A stretch of 63,427 bases of DNA, counting the filler. It is 10 parts of 10 records of this genome, joined end to end, with 100 filler letters (N's around TTAATTAATTAA, not from the genome) between each part and the next. Parts side by side here need not be neighbours in the genome. Positions count along the whole stretch, not along the records: positions 5,330 to 11,107 come from SRR31156797_56809; positions 11,208 to 17,779 come from SRR31156797_56830; positions 17,880 to 25,213 come from SRR31156797_56831; 7 more parts are not named here. One strand, given 5' to 3'. The position numbers and the translations under genes are program-made. The first letter of the stretch is position 1. Every line of letters starts with the position of its first letter. This document shows positions 9,621 through 19,123 of this stretch, piece after piece. A model generated the notes under the pieces. That model saw only the letters and a list, made by a program, of their open reading frames with translations, ran no database searches and was not told the DNA's origin.

Positions 9621-10490
9621 ATGTCAATTTTAGTAAATAAAGATACAAAAGTAATCGTACAAGGATTTACAGGAAAAGAGGGAACTTTCCATTCAGAGCA
9701 ATGTATTGCATATGGTACAAACATTGTAGGTGGTGTTACACCAAATAAAGGTGGAACTGAGCACTTAGGAAAACCAGTATTCAATACTGTAAAATGTGCA
9801 GTTGAAACAACTGGTGCTACAGTATCTATGATCTTTGTTCCACCAATTTTTGTTGCAGATGCAGTTATGGAAGCAGCTCAAGCGGGGATCGAACTAGCAG
9901 TGATCATTACTGAAGGTGCACCGGTCAGAGATATGCAAATGGCAAAAGCGTATGCAACAAAGCATGGTATGAAAACAATTGGACCAAACTGTCCAGGTAT
10001 CATCACTGCTGAAGAGTGTAAAATAGGGATCATGCCAGGGATGATCTTCAAAAAAGGAAATGTAGGGCTTATTTCTAAATCTGGAACTTTAACATATGAG
10101 GGTGCAAACCAAGTATGTAAAGAGGGATTTGGTATCACTACAGCTGTTGGAATCGGTGGAGATCCTATTATTGGTCTTTCATACAAGCAGCTTTTACCAC
10201 TGTTTGAAGCTGATCCAGAAACAGAAGCAATCGTTATGATCGGTGAGATTGGTGGAGACCTTGAGATCCAAGCGGCGAAATATATCAAAGAAAATATCAC
10301 TAAGCCAGTAGTTGCATTTATCGCAGGACAAACTGCTCCTAAAGGGAAAAGAATGGGTCACGCAGGGGCTATTGTAAGTGGAAGTGCAGGAACAGCTGCT
10401 GAGAAAATGGAAGCTTTAAAAGCTGCAGGAGTAAAAGTAGTTGTTTCTCCAGCGGATATTGGAAAAGCTGTAAAAGAAGTATTATCATAA
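9621..10490 (+). CDS. sucD: Succinyl-CoA synthetase alpha subunit
   Basis: [31 protein letters not shown]. Confidence 0.96.
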   Translation: MSILVNKDTKVIVQGFTGKEGTFHSEQCIAYGTNIVGGVTPNKGGTEHLGKPVFNTVKCAVETTGATVSMIFVPPIFVADAVMEAAQAGIELAVIITEGAPVRDMQMAKAYATKHGMKTIGPNCPGIITAEECKIGIMPGMIFKKGNVGLISKSGTLTYEGANQVCKEGFGITTAVGIGGDPIIGLSYKQLLPLFEADPETEAIVMIGEIGGDLEIQAAKYIKENITKPVVAFIAGQTAPKGKRMGHAGAIVSGSAGTAAEKMEALKAAGVKVVVSPADIGKAVKEVLS

Positions 10491-10497
10491 TCCTTTA

Positions 10498-10528
10498 AAA
10501 CTTTGTATCATATTTTGATACAAAGTTT
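10498..10528. terminator. Inverted repeat between convergent genes
   Basis: aaactttgtatca-tattt-tgatacaaagttt. Confidence 0.65.
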
Positions 10529-10537
10529 CTTATCTAT

Positions 10538-10993
10538 CTACTTAATCTTTTTATTCACTTTTTCACAAATATTTTTATCTATAAAATAATTAAAAAGAAG
10601 CTTTTTCTTATTGTCATAATAAAAATATTGATAGATCGCATCTCTATTTAATAGATACAAAGAAAACTCTTGTTTACAAACCCTTTTTAACTCTAAGTTA
10701 TACATCAATTTAATAAAACTTTCTTTTCTTTTATTCCAAGCATCAAAAAAATTTTTATTGGTCATATCAAGCTCTTTTCGAGTCATTAATATTTTTCCTT
10801 GTGTTTCAATATTTGTAATCTTTAAAAAATCAGTCCCTGGAACCATAAGAGGAAGTTTGTCTGAAACCTTACTACTCACATCTTGTAATAAAGATTCTAA
10901 ACTCAATTTATCAAGTGATTTGAAATCGTTTTGTTGTGCAGCTAATAGTTCAAAAGATAGAATACTTATTAAGATAAAAAGTATTTTTTTCAT
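10538..10993 (-). CDS. Hypothetical exported protein
   Basis: Signal peptide, AAGGA RBS, two Cys. Confidence 0.65.
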   Translation of the reverse strand: MKKILFILISILSFELLAAQQNDFKSLDKLSLESLLQDVSSKVSDKLPLMVPGTDFLKITNIETQGKILMTRKELDMTNKNFFDAWNKRKESFIKLMYNLELKRVCKQEFSLYLLNRDAIYQYFYYDNKKKLLFNYFIDKNICEKVNKKIK

Positions 10994-11207
10994 AAGATCG
11001 TCCTTTTAGTAAAACTTGGTATCTCCTACCATAACAGTTTTTTCTAAAAGGACTCTTAAAAGTGTAGAAAAACACAAAGAGTTATAGCTCAATCCACTAA
11101 AAACTAANNNNNNNNNNNNNNNNNNNNNNNNNNNNNNNNNNNNNNNNNNNNTTAATTAATTAANNNNNNNNNNNNNNNNNNNNNNNNNNNNNNNNNNNNN
11201 NNNNNNN

Positions 11208-12452
11208 ATCATAAAAGGATTCCCCTGCAAAAAGGGTGACAGCCGTATTATGCCCGATTTCATTAATCAGTTTTTCAGGATCCGAATTTTCATAAAGGTA
11301 TTTGAATACATCCGTAATCCGGTAATGGAGGATAATATAGGGATAGAAAAAATTATTATCACCCGTTAAAAAAGCCTCCTCGGTGCCGTGCTTCAGGGTC
11401 CAGATGAATCCACGATTATCCGCCGCGCTGATATTGCCGATGTTTATCTCATGGATGGTGGATGATGGGACTTTTATCACCTTGTCAAAGGGCCAGGGAA
11501 GCTTCATGTGAAATCCGGGCGGGACGGGAGTGTCCTGACAGACCGGTCTGCCGAAACGCTCGACAACGGCTGTCTCATTGGCAGCGACCGTGTAGCAGGC
11601 CGTGGATCCGTAAAAAAGTGCAATTCCGATGAATGGCGCCGATAAAATGGTTTTATACAATAAGGTTGCTTTTTTGCCGTCCCCCAGACGGCTGACCAGA
11701 AATGCATGAAATTTTCCCGGTATCAGCTTTATATTTTTTATGCTGAAAATATATGAAATGGAGTTAAAAAAGCGATAGGTGTAAAGCAAATCGCCATTTT
11801 TATCCCGATACACCCGGTATACATTGGCAAATATCTCAAGGGCCAGTACAAAAATGAATGCTGCAATAATCCCGGCGATCCACTTATCGATGTTCAAACC
11901 CATTGAATAGATGATAAGGGAAAAGCCGGTCAGCAAAGAGGCAAACATATCCGCTTTTGCATGCATTCCGTCGGAAACCAGCCCCAGGGATGCCTCCCTT
12001 TTTCCAACCCGTGTTTCAAAGACACCCACAAAATATGACAAAATGGCAAAAACAAGAAAAAATATACCGGACGTCAAGGGATTTCGCACCGGTACCGGTT
12101 CAGAGCCGATCAGCTTCCTGAATAGAAAACAGGATACCGTAAAGAGCAAAACACCAATGCAAAAAGAGGCGATCATTTCCGGTTTGCTGATTGCAGGGGG
12201 CGTTTTTTTATCTCCATTTTCAGCGAGTTTTCCATTTTTCCTGTTTGTAAATTCTATTGCAAAAAGGACCATGCCGCTTGTGGCAATATCCGTAAAACTG
12301 TGCCAGGCTTCCGCAAGCACCGCCAGACTGTCCGAAAAGAAATAGATGATAAATTTGAAGCCGGTGAGGACAATATTCATGCCCACCACAATAGCGGCTG
12401 TTTTTAGTGCTATCGCCTTTTTTTTCATATGGTTAGATTGGGTTTCGGTCAT
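11208..12452 (-). CDS. Cation diffusion facilitator fused to an SPFH/Band-7 (HflK-like) domain, 3' truncated
   Basis: CDF motifs HSFTD and HAKAD, then a TM helix, VERFGRP..PGFHMKLPWPFDKV and FLTGDNN (SPFH). Confidence 0.8.
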
Positions 12453-12703
12453 TTGATATATTCTGAGTCCTATAAATCAGTTAAGATTCAAATATCCTTT
12501 TGGTTGTATTTAATCAAATCCTTTTGTCAAACCGAAAACAAAAGGTGCGGCGGGATTCGTCATACCCCGAATATGAGCGCGATGGCTCTTTTTACCTGAC
12601 ACCTGGTTTTTTCAAGTCTTGAACCCGACTTCAGTGCACCACAGGAGCCCCGGCGGGATGTGCGGTACCGGGCAAGAAAAAGCCCACGCCGAATATGGTT
12701 GCT

Positions 12704-13066
12704 TCACCACCAGGATATGTTTTTCTCCAGGGGATCGTGATACTTCCATTTGCCATTCACGAAAATCATTGGCGCTGACTTCATTTCATCGCGGCCGCAC
12801 CGCATGAGACGGTCGGCGGCGATCATGGCTCCCATAAATAAACCGTATTTTTCTAGCGCCTGCCGGCTATACTCCGAGCATGACGGGTACATGGGGCATA
12901 CCCCCTGCCTGACCGAGGAAAGGTGGTCCAATGGGCCCTGGTAAAACTGGACGATAGCCTGGAGAGGGTTGAATCTGGTTTCGGATCCTGATTTTATGTC
13001 GCCGGTCATTTGGCAGGACCACAGGAAACCCACAAGTAACGAGCAGATTATCGCTGTTCTTTTCAT
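12704..13066 (-). CDS. YidD-like (membrane insertion efficiency factor) protein with lipoprotein-like signal
   Basis: CPMYPSCSEY..AL.KYG..DRLMRC; N-terminal LWSC. Confidence 0.75.
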   Translation of the reverse strand: MKRTAIICSLLVGFLWSCQMTGDIKSGSETRFNPLQAIVQFYQGPLDHLSSVRQGVCPMYPSCSEYSRQALEKYGLFMGAMIAADRLMRCGRDEMKSAPMIFVNGKWKYHDPLEKNISWW

Positions 13067-13068
13067 GG

Positions 13069-13800
13069 CTATTGCAAAATTCCCGGATAGAGATAGGGAA
13101 GTTTCGGAGCCGTGATGGATGTAACCTTGTCGGCTTTGATGTACGGGAAGAGGAGCCCGTTTACAACCTTGAGATCGAGGATGCCTTCCACACGAACCCA
13201 TGAATCGACCTCAAGGGCAGTTGCCTGGTCATCTTTCACAAGGGCACCGGCCGGAAGCGCGTCCGCTGCGCAGCAGACGATGAGAAAACGAAAGACCAGA
13301 AAGTGCCCGGCCGGCACCACTTCATCCCTGTAAACCATCCCTTCCGTTACAATCCGCTTCCCGCGGTATTGGTCGAAGTTTTGCAGGATTTCCAGAAGCG
13401 TGACCTTCCCGTCCTGTGAATTCCTTGGGGCGATCCTGTTTTGTGTGAGGGCTTTTGCAAGTGTTGAGGGAATGGTCCGGTTTTCGAAAGCGTGAGATCC
13501 AAGCGGTTCGTCCTGGGCCACGAGCAGGTAAAAGAGAGGGAGTATCAGGACACCCATCCTTATCCACAATGCGGCATGGGAACCGGTAATATGGATCCGG
13601 GCACCAAAGATAAGCACTGTCAGAAAGGCGGATAATATGCATAGCGACAGGATGAGCAGGGGCCAGAACCCCGGTCTTAAGAAAAGCAAGTAGCGTCCGC
13701 TTATCAGAAGCCACAGGTATATGCCTCCCCATGCCGTGAACAGACAGGCAATTTCCAGTCGTGCGGAGTGGTCGCGAGTTTTGTTCATGGGTAGATCCAT
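13069..13800 (-). CDS. TIGR03943/DUF1980-like membrane protein
   Basis: N-terminal TMs, RFLIVCCAADA motif, terminal P..PYLY. Confidence 0.85.
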   Translation of the reverse strand: MDLPMNKTRDHSARLEIACLFTAWGGIYLWLLISGRYLLFLRPGFWPLLILSLCILSAFLTVLIFGARIHITGSHAALWIRMGVLILPLFYLLVAQDEPLGSHAFENRTIPSTLAKALTQNRIAPRNSQDGKVTLLEILQNFDQYRGKRIVTEGMVYRDEVVPAGHFLVFRFLIVCCAADALPAGALVKDDQATALEVDSWVRVEGILDLKVVNGLLFPYIKADKVTSITAPKLPYLYPGILQ

Positions 13801-14840
13801 CCCACAAATTCCTGCAGCACCGTCATGGTACAGAATACCGCAACGAGTGTCATTGCACTTAATGTTACAATGGCACGTTTACGAAAAAGCCCCACGTACA
13901 TACAGAGGAGTTTCAGGTCGAGCATTGGGCCTAGGACCATAAATGCCATCTGTCCGGAGAAAGGGCCCGTAAACTGAAAAGAGGCGGCCACAAAGGCATC
14001 CGCTTCGGAACAGAGACTCAATACACCGGCAAGGGCCATCATCATCAGGATGGACAAATACGGGTATCCCGCGAAAAAAAGAAAAGCGGAACGGTCAACC
14101 GACGTCTGTATGGAGGCGGCCACAAAGGCACCGATCACGAGGAAGTGCGCCACATGAAAAAAATCCCCGGCCCCATGGATCAGGGCGCCCGTGACCCGTG
14201 ACCATTTGCCCCCGGTGTGAGCGTGAACATGTCCGCAGCTTTCACAACCGGCGTGACCATGTTCCGGAACATCCCGCAAAAAGACTGAAGTTTTCCTAAA
14301 AAGTGCGCCCATGCCGAAACCGATGGCCACGGCGATGATGTATCCGACCACAAGCCTTATGGCGCAAACGCGCCAGTCCATTCTGTAGGCCACCGCCGTG
14401 GAAACCCATACGATCGGGTTTACAATGGGTCCTCCCAACAGAAACGCGACCGCTGCCGCCGGAGGGACTCCTTTGCGGACGAGTCTCCTGACCACCGGGA
14501 TGATGGCGCACTCGCACACGGGGAATACCACCCCCATGGCCGCAGCCAGGAACACCGCGCGAAACTTCCCTCGGGGCAGGATAGCGGCAATTCGCTCTTG
14601 GGAGACGAATACCTCGATGAATCCGCCTAAAAGCGCACCGACCAGCATAAATGGAAGGGCTTCGAGGACGACGCCCGTAAAGGTAATGGCGAGGGTCCGA
14701 ACATAGGGACCTTTTCCCAGGTGAATGAGGATCGCCATGGCATAGACGAGAAATAGGGATTCAATGATCAAACCCCAGGGAATGCCTTGCAAAGCGGCGG
14801 GCCGGTCTTCACTTGAATGGTTCGTGGACGAAAACATCAT
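13785..14840 (-). CDS. DUF318 family permease
   Basis: EALPF, PVCECAIIP, GPIVNP, LSLCSEADAF, GPMLDLK; His-rich loop. Confidence 0.88.
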   Translation of the reverse strand: MMFSSTNHSSEDRPAALQGIPWGLIIESLFLVYAMAILIHLGKGPYVRTLAITFTGVVLEALPFMLVGALLGGFIEVFVSQERIAAILPRGKFRAVFLAAAMGVVFPVCECAIIPVVRRLVRKGVPPAAAVAFLLGGPIVNPIVWVSTAVAYRMDWRVCAIRLVVGYIIAVAIGFGMGALFRKTSVFLRDVPEHGHAGCESCGHVHAHTGGKWSRVTGALIHGAGDFFHVAHFLVIGAFVAASIQTSVDRSAFLFFAGYPYLSILMMMALAGVLSLCSEADAFVAASFQFTGPFSGQMAFMVLGPMLDLKLLCMYVGLFRKRAIVTLSAMTLVAVFCTMTVLQEFVGWIYP

Positions 14841-15748
14841 TTCAGGGCTGCCGAAAAGGAGGCTGCGACCTTTTTCAGATTTTCAGCCCAGTTCACGGCC
14901 AGCGGGTTTGCCACCATGACCTTCCCTCCGATGGCTCGTGCAATGACGTCCGCGCTTTTGATTGAAAACTGGGGTTGAACAAAAATAGCCCGTATGCCCA
15001 GTTTTCCGGCCATGTGGATCAACGCCTTAAGTTCCCTGGATGTCGGGCTTTTCCCCTCCATCTCAATAGGGATTTGCTCAAGCCCGTAGGCCCTGGCAAA
15101 ATATCCCCACGCGGGATGATAGACCATGAAACGCGTGATCCGGGTTCCTCCCTTGAAGCGGTTGATGAGATCAAGATCCAGTAGAACCAATTCCTGGATG
15201 AAATCCTTGTAGTTGGTCTCATATTTTTCACGATTGTCCGGGTCGACCTTCAGAAGCCCTTCAAGGATATTCCGTGCTTGAAGCATCACCAGGGGAGGAG
15301 CCAGCCAGATATGGGGATCTTTGATCCCCCCATGAACTTCGTTCCCGTGGGCGTGTTCCGGTTCATGCATGTTATGGAGATGGGCTTTCATGGGGAACTT
15401 TGCGATGCCTGTCTGGGTATGGACGATGGCCATTTTAGGGTTCAGTTTTTTGAATCTTGGCAACCATACCGTTTCAAAGGGCACGCCAACGGCGAAATAA
15501 ACCTTTGATTTTGACAGCTTGACCATCTTTTGTGGTGAGGGTTCATAAGTGGCGGGGCTGGCTCCCGGAAGCACCATCACGGTAATATTGACCTGATCAC
15601 CGGCGATTTTCTGTACAAAGTACTTCTGAGGCGGAATGCTGACCATGGCGTTTATATCTTCTCCGGCCATAGAGAGTGATGGAGCAAATAGACCCGAAAG
15701 GGAGCCCACAACCATAACAACGAATAAGGTCTTAATCTTGTCTTTCAT
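14837..15748 (-). CDS. Zn/Mn ABC substrate-binding protein (ZnuA-like)
   Basis: PGASPATYEP, His-rich loop, DPHIWL, HPAWGYFA. Confidence 0.9.
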   Translation of the reverse strand: MKDKIKTLFVVMVVGSLSGLFAPSLSMAGEDINAMVSIPPQKYFVQKIAGDQVNITVMVLPGASPATYEPSPQKMVKLSKSKVYFAVGVPFETVWLPRFKKLNPKMAIVHTQTGIAKFPMKAHLHNMHEPEHAHGNEVHGGIKDPHIWLAPPLVMLQARNILEGLLKVDPDNREKYETNYKDFIQELVLLDLDLINRFKGGTRITRFMVYHPAWGYFARAYGLEQIPIEMEGKSPTSRELKALIHMAGKLGIRAIFVQPQFSIKSADVIARAIGGKVMVANPLAVNWAENLKKVAASFSAALK

Positions 15749-16222
15749 GCTTTTTGATCCTCCATTATTATCTCCCGATTTGTCATGAAAACCCGTTCAA
15801 GCCGATCCCGCTGGGCGTTTTTGTGGTAGGGATCACCGGATACTCTCTTGCCCATGAGCGTTTAGGGAATAACATCCTGACATGAAATTCCCCCCCTGCA
15901 ATTAGAATTTAAAACTCAGACTTGCATAATAAAGATGTCGGCTTCGGTGTTTCGTGTGGGCTTCAGGTCCGGGTTGCCGAAGAACGTGGGCGAACCCTGA
16001 TGGAAACAAGAAAAAGCCATGTGAGGCTTTTCCTCTTTTTGTTTGAAATCATTTGCTTGTATCCTCCAGGAGAATAATAGCTTTTGGAATCAACATGTTA
16101 TAACGTGCATTTCTGCTCAGACCCCAGTAGTCGGTCTAATCTCCACCGCAGGGAAAAGTCCAAAAATCGGCGGAGAAAAGTGGAAAGAAAGCAGCGCAAT
16201 CAGATGTTGATGGCCTTGTCCG

Positions 16223-16609
16223 TTAGGTTGGCCAATCAAAAAGCAACGGAGGAGGGCGGGGAAAAAGACAGGCATACTCGAAGGGCTTGATGATCAGGAG
16301 ATGTGGGCTAATGGGAATTGTATGGAACGGCTCTCTTCTGTCATGAGGTAGGTCTGAAGGTGTAGAGTGAATGTTGAAATGTTTTAAGAACTCACAAATG
16401 CAGCAGCATGAATGCCGCTCCGAAACCACGGTCTGTTTCTGTGAAATTGAAATTCCCCGGCCTTCGAGATCGTGACCGGCATGATGGCCGTGGGCTTTCG
16501 AATGGAGGTGAAGAAGCGGATGTATCAGGGGGAGTGCCGCGACGACGTATACAACCGCCAGAAGTGAAAACCATCCGGATTTGGTGTGCAAATGTCTTTG
16601 AAAATGCAT
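16223..16609 (-). CDS. His/Cys-rich DUF2946-like small protein ending in RPPP
   Basis: Hydrophobic N-terminus, HPLLHLH..HGHH, CCIC, C-terminal FPRPPP. Confidence 0.6.
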   Translation of the reverse strand: MHFQRHLHTKSGWFSLLAVVYVVAALPLIHPLLHLHSKAHGHHAGHDLEGRGISISQKQTVVSERHSCCCICEFLKHFNIHSTPSDLPHDRREPFHTIPISPHLLIIKPFEYACLFPRPPPLLFDWPT

Positions 16610-17114
16610 GGTTATCCGTCCCGGCGCCAGGCTGAATTCATCACAAGATCAGGTTTTCAAATACCCTCTAAGTCGGCCGTGCGGAGAAGCCCTTTTGTTG
16701 GATCCCGTTTCAGGAATCCTTGGGCAGATGAATTTCAAATCAAGAAAGGCTTCATATTGCAGCCCTCGAAAATTATTACGCTGTAATACCACTGGTAGTA
16801 TGCGCAATGTCGAAAGTCAAGCGCATTTTCCAGGGTGCGCCTCGCTTTTTATGCGGGTGGTTTTCCCAATTGCGCTTTTTCTGTTATCTTCATCTTAAAG
16901 CGTAGATGTTATTGATGTCTTTTTGCATAAACAGCCTCAAGAAACCACTCTGCCATCGGAACATCAGGTGATTTCGGGCGCAAATGAATATCTATTGACA
17001 AAACAGCAGACAGCACATTCTCTAAAACGATTAGAGCCGAAACCGGCTTACGGACAAATTCTCACCCGTTTCATATTTTTGTTGACAGGCTTATCGTCTT
17101 TGCATAATTTATTA

Positions 17115-17125
17115 ATAATGATTAT
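17115..17125. promoter_or_regulatory. Fur/PerR-box-like palindrome
   Basis: ATAAT-G-ATTAT just upstream of the Fur-family gene. Confidence 0.5.
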
Positions 17126-17147
17126 CCGTAAATAAAGGCTTTTACAA

Positions 17148-17585
17148 ATGGCAGATCCGCAGATTCGACTTGAAAAGATGGTTCAAAAACTTCGGGAGCA
17201 CAAATTCAGGATTACGCCCCAGCGTATTGCCGTCATTAAGATCCTGGCTTTGAGCCACGAACACCCGAGCATCGAAATGATCTTTGACCGGATCAAAAAG
17301 GATTTCCCAACCACGAGCCTGGCCACCGTTTACAAGACTGTAACGGTATTAAAAACCCTTGACGAAGTTCTAGAACTGGGATTTCCGGCGGGAGGGAACC
17401 GTTATGATGGCAACAAACCATATTCCCATCCACATGTCATTTGTACCCAATGCAAAAAGATCATGGACCCTGAACTATCCAATTTGGATCATATGACCAG
17501 GGAGCTTGAATCGAAAACGGGATTTGAGATTCTCAATCATCGGATGGACTTCTTTGGAATTTGCCCTGACTGCAAAGACAAATAG
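17148..17585 (+). CDS. Fur-family regulator, PerR-like
   Basis: RITPQR, HPS, SLATVY, H.H..CxxC and CxxC; upstream of katG. Confidence 0.88.
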   Translation: MADPQIRLEKMVQKLREHKFRITPQRIAVIKILALSHEHPSIEMIFDRIKKDFPTTSLATVYKTVTVLKTLDEVLELGFPAGGNRYDGNKPYSHPHVICTQCKKIMDPELSNLDHMTRELESKTGFEILNHRMDFFGICPDCKDK

Positions 17586-17686
17586 TCTGGTCGCTTTAAA
17601 AGTCAACCAAGAGGAAAGGAGGATACTGTAGGCTTGGGGCATTGTTGCACCGCGAACAAGTTCAAACCGGAAAAGGAGGAACCATT

Positions 17687-17779
17687 ATGACTGAAGATGG
17701 CAAATGCCCGGTAACGGGCAAAACTTATAAGCCCATTGCCGGCGGCGGCACGTCGAACCGGGACTGGTGGCCGAACCAG
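17687..17779 (+). CDS. katG: Catalase-peroxidase N-terminus (truncated)
   Basis: [29 protein letters not shown]. Confidence 0.88.
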
Positions 17780-17880
17780 NNNNNNNNNNNNNNNNNNNNN
17801 NNNNNNNNNNNNNNNNNNNNNNNTTAATTAATTAANNNNNNNNNNNNNNNNNNNNNNNNNNNNNNNNNNNNNNNNNNNNG

Positions 17881-18531
17881 TCATGGGGTTCAGTAGACTA
17901 TAAAAGAATAGTTGTACAAAGAAAAGGTGATAAACAAGGTATTGCCAAAACTGAAAAAGCTTATCATGGAAACATGGTAAACAGGAATCAGAAAGGTCTA
18001 AATGTAGGTTCATATATGGCTAAAAACATCGGTGATTATATGATTAAAAACCTTACAGATGATGGTGAATCAGGTAAAGAGTTTCTTGAGAAGATTGAGA
18101 ATAAAAAACTTTATCTTGCATCAACTAACCTAAATAGACCTATTGAAATACTTAATAAAGATGAAGTTGAAAACTATATTAAAGCTAACTTGTCAGATGA
18201 TAAGTTTATATCTGATTTTGAATTCGAAAACACTTTTATATCTGGAAAAATAAGTAGATATAACTTAAATGGTGTATATGATGCTCAAAAGAAAAGATAT
18301 CAAATGGCTAAACAACGAAGAGAAGTCGAAAAGAAAAAAGAAGTAAGTAAAACACATTCTGTATATGATCCTAAACACTTTTTTGTTGATGTGATTAAAG
18401 GTGATCTACTGTATCGAGACGGAAAAGAAATAATAAAAATAAAAGAATCTGAGTTCGATTACATACTTAAATTAGATATTAAGCAGCAAATAAGAAGCTA
18501 TATAATAGATATGCAAATGTGTTCAAAATAA
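17881..18531 (+). CDS. Rolling-circle replication initiator, C-terminal part (5' truncated)
   Basis: Frame open from contig start: WGSVDYKRI..VGSYMAKNIGDYMIK (motif III YxxK) and KKLYLASTNLNRP, as in HUH phage/plasmid Reps; HUH motif itself not in the contig. Confidence 0.65.
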   Translation, partial: SWGSVDYKRIVVQRKGDKQGIAKTEKAYHGNMVNRNQKGLNVGSYMAKNIGDYMIKNLTDDGESGKEFLEKIENKKLYLASTNLNRPIEILNKDEVENYIKANLSDDKFISDFEFENTFISGKISRYNLNGVYDAQKKRYQMAKQRREVEKKKEVSKTHSVYDPKHFFVDVIKGDLLYRDGKEIIKIKESEFDYILKLDIKQQIRSYIIDMQMCSK

Positions 18532-18549
18532 AGAGGAGTGATTAATAAA

Positions 18550-18828
18550 ATGGCTGAATTTAAAAATCAAGTAAAAGTAGAAGGTATTAAAGTTAAGGAA
18601 TTAAAGAAAACTGATTATGAAGGGACTGAATATTATTCAGTAATCCAAGATGGGGGACTTGCAGAACCTAAATGGAAAACTCATGACTTTATTATTATGG
18701 AAATGAAAAAAGCTGAGATAAGACCAGGGGATATAGTTAATTTAATTTGTGAACTTAATTATCAACCTAAAATCAATGGATTTGCAATAGGTAAAGTAGT
18801 AGGGTTCGAAATCCCTAAAACAAAGTAA
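18550..18828 (+). CDS. Putative ssDNA-binding (OB-fold-like) protein
   Basis: 92 aa, beta-rich, directly after Rep as for inovirus gene V; positional inference. Confidence 0.45.
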   Translation: MAEFKNQVKVEGIKVKELKKTDYEGTEYYSVIQDGGLAEPKWKTHDFIIMEMKKAEIRPGDIVNLICELNYQPKINGFAIGKVVGFEIPKTK

Positions 18829-18881
18829 TGCTAATACTGGTAATGTTGAAGATATTAAATAAATAGATAAGAGGTGTAAGC

Positions 18882-19112
18882 ATGACTGCTGAAAAAGTAA
18901 AAGAGGTTAAACAACAAATATTTAACTTATTGGCTACTGGAATTAATATTCTTGAGAGTAAAGATTTAGAGGGTAAAACTAATGAAGAATTAGAAGATAT
19001 TTTTAATGAAATACTTAAAGCTATTATTCTTAGTGGTGCTGAAAAAGCAGTTGAACTTACACCCAATAAGATTGATGATACAATGTTAAAGTTGTTAAAA
19101 GCTTGTTTTTAG
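18882..19112 (+). CDS. Small helical phage-type protein
   Basis: GAGGTG RBS; TPNKIDD motif recalled from small phage proteins. Confidence 0.55.
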   Translation: MTAEKVKEVKQQIFNLLATGINILESKDLEGKTNEELEDIFNEILKAIILSGAEKAVELTPNKIDDTMLKLLKACF

Positions 19113-19123
19113 GGGCTGATTAA

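Noticed and set aside
12453-12703. GC-rich intergenic stretch (and hairpin near 15941-15983) as a riboswitch
   Set aside because: No consensus of a known riboswitch class recognisable by eye
18828-18866. 12-codon ORF MLILVMLKILNK coupled by TAATG to the SSB-like gene
   Set aside because: Too short to support without homologs
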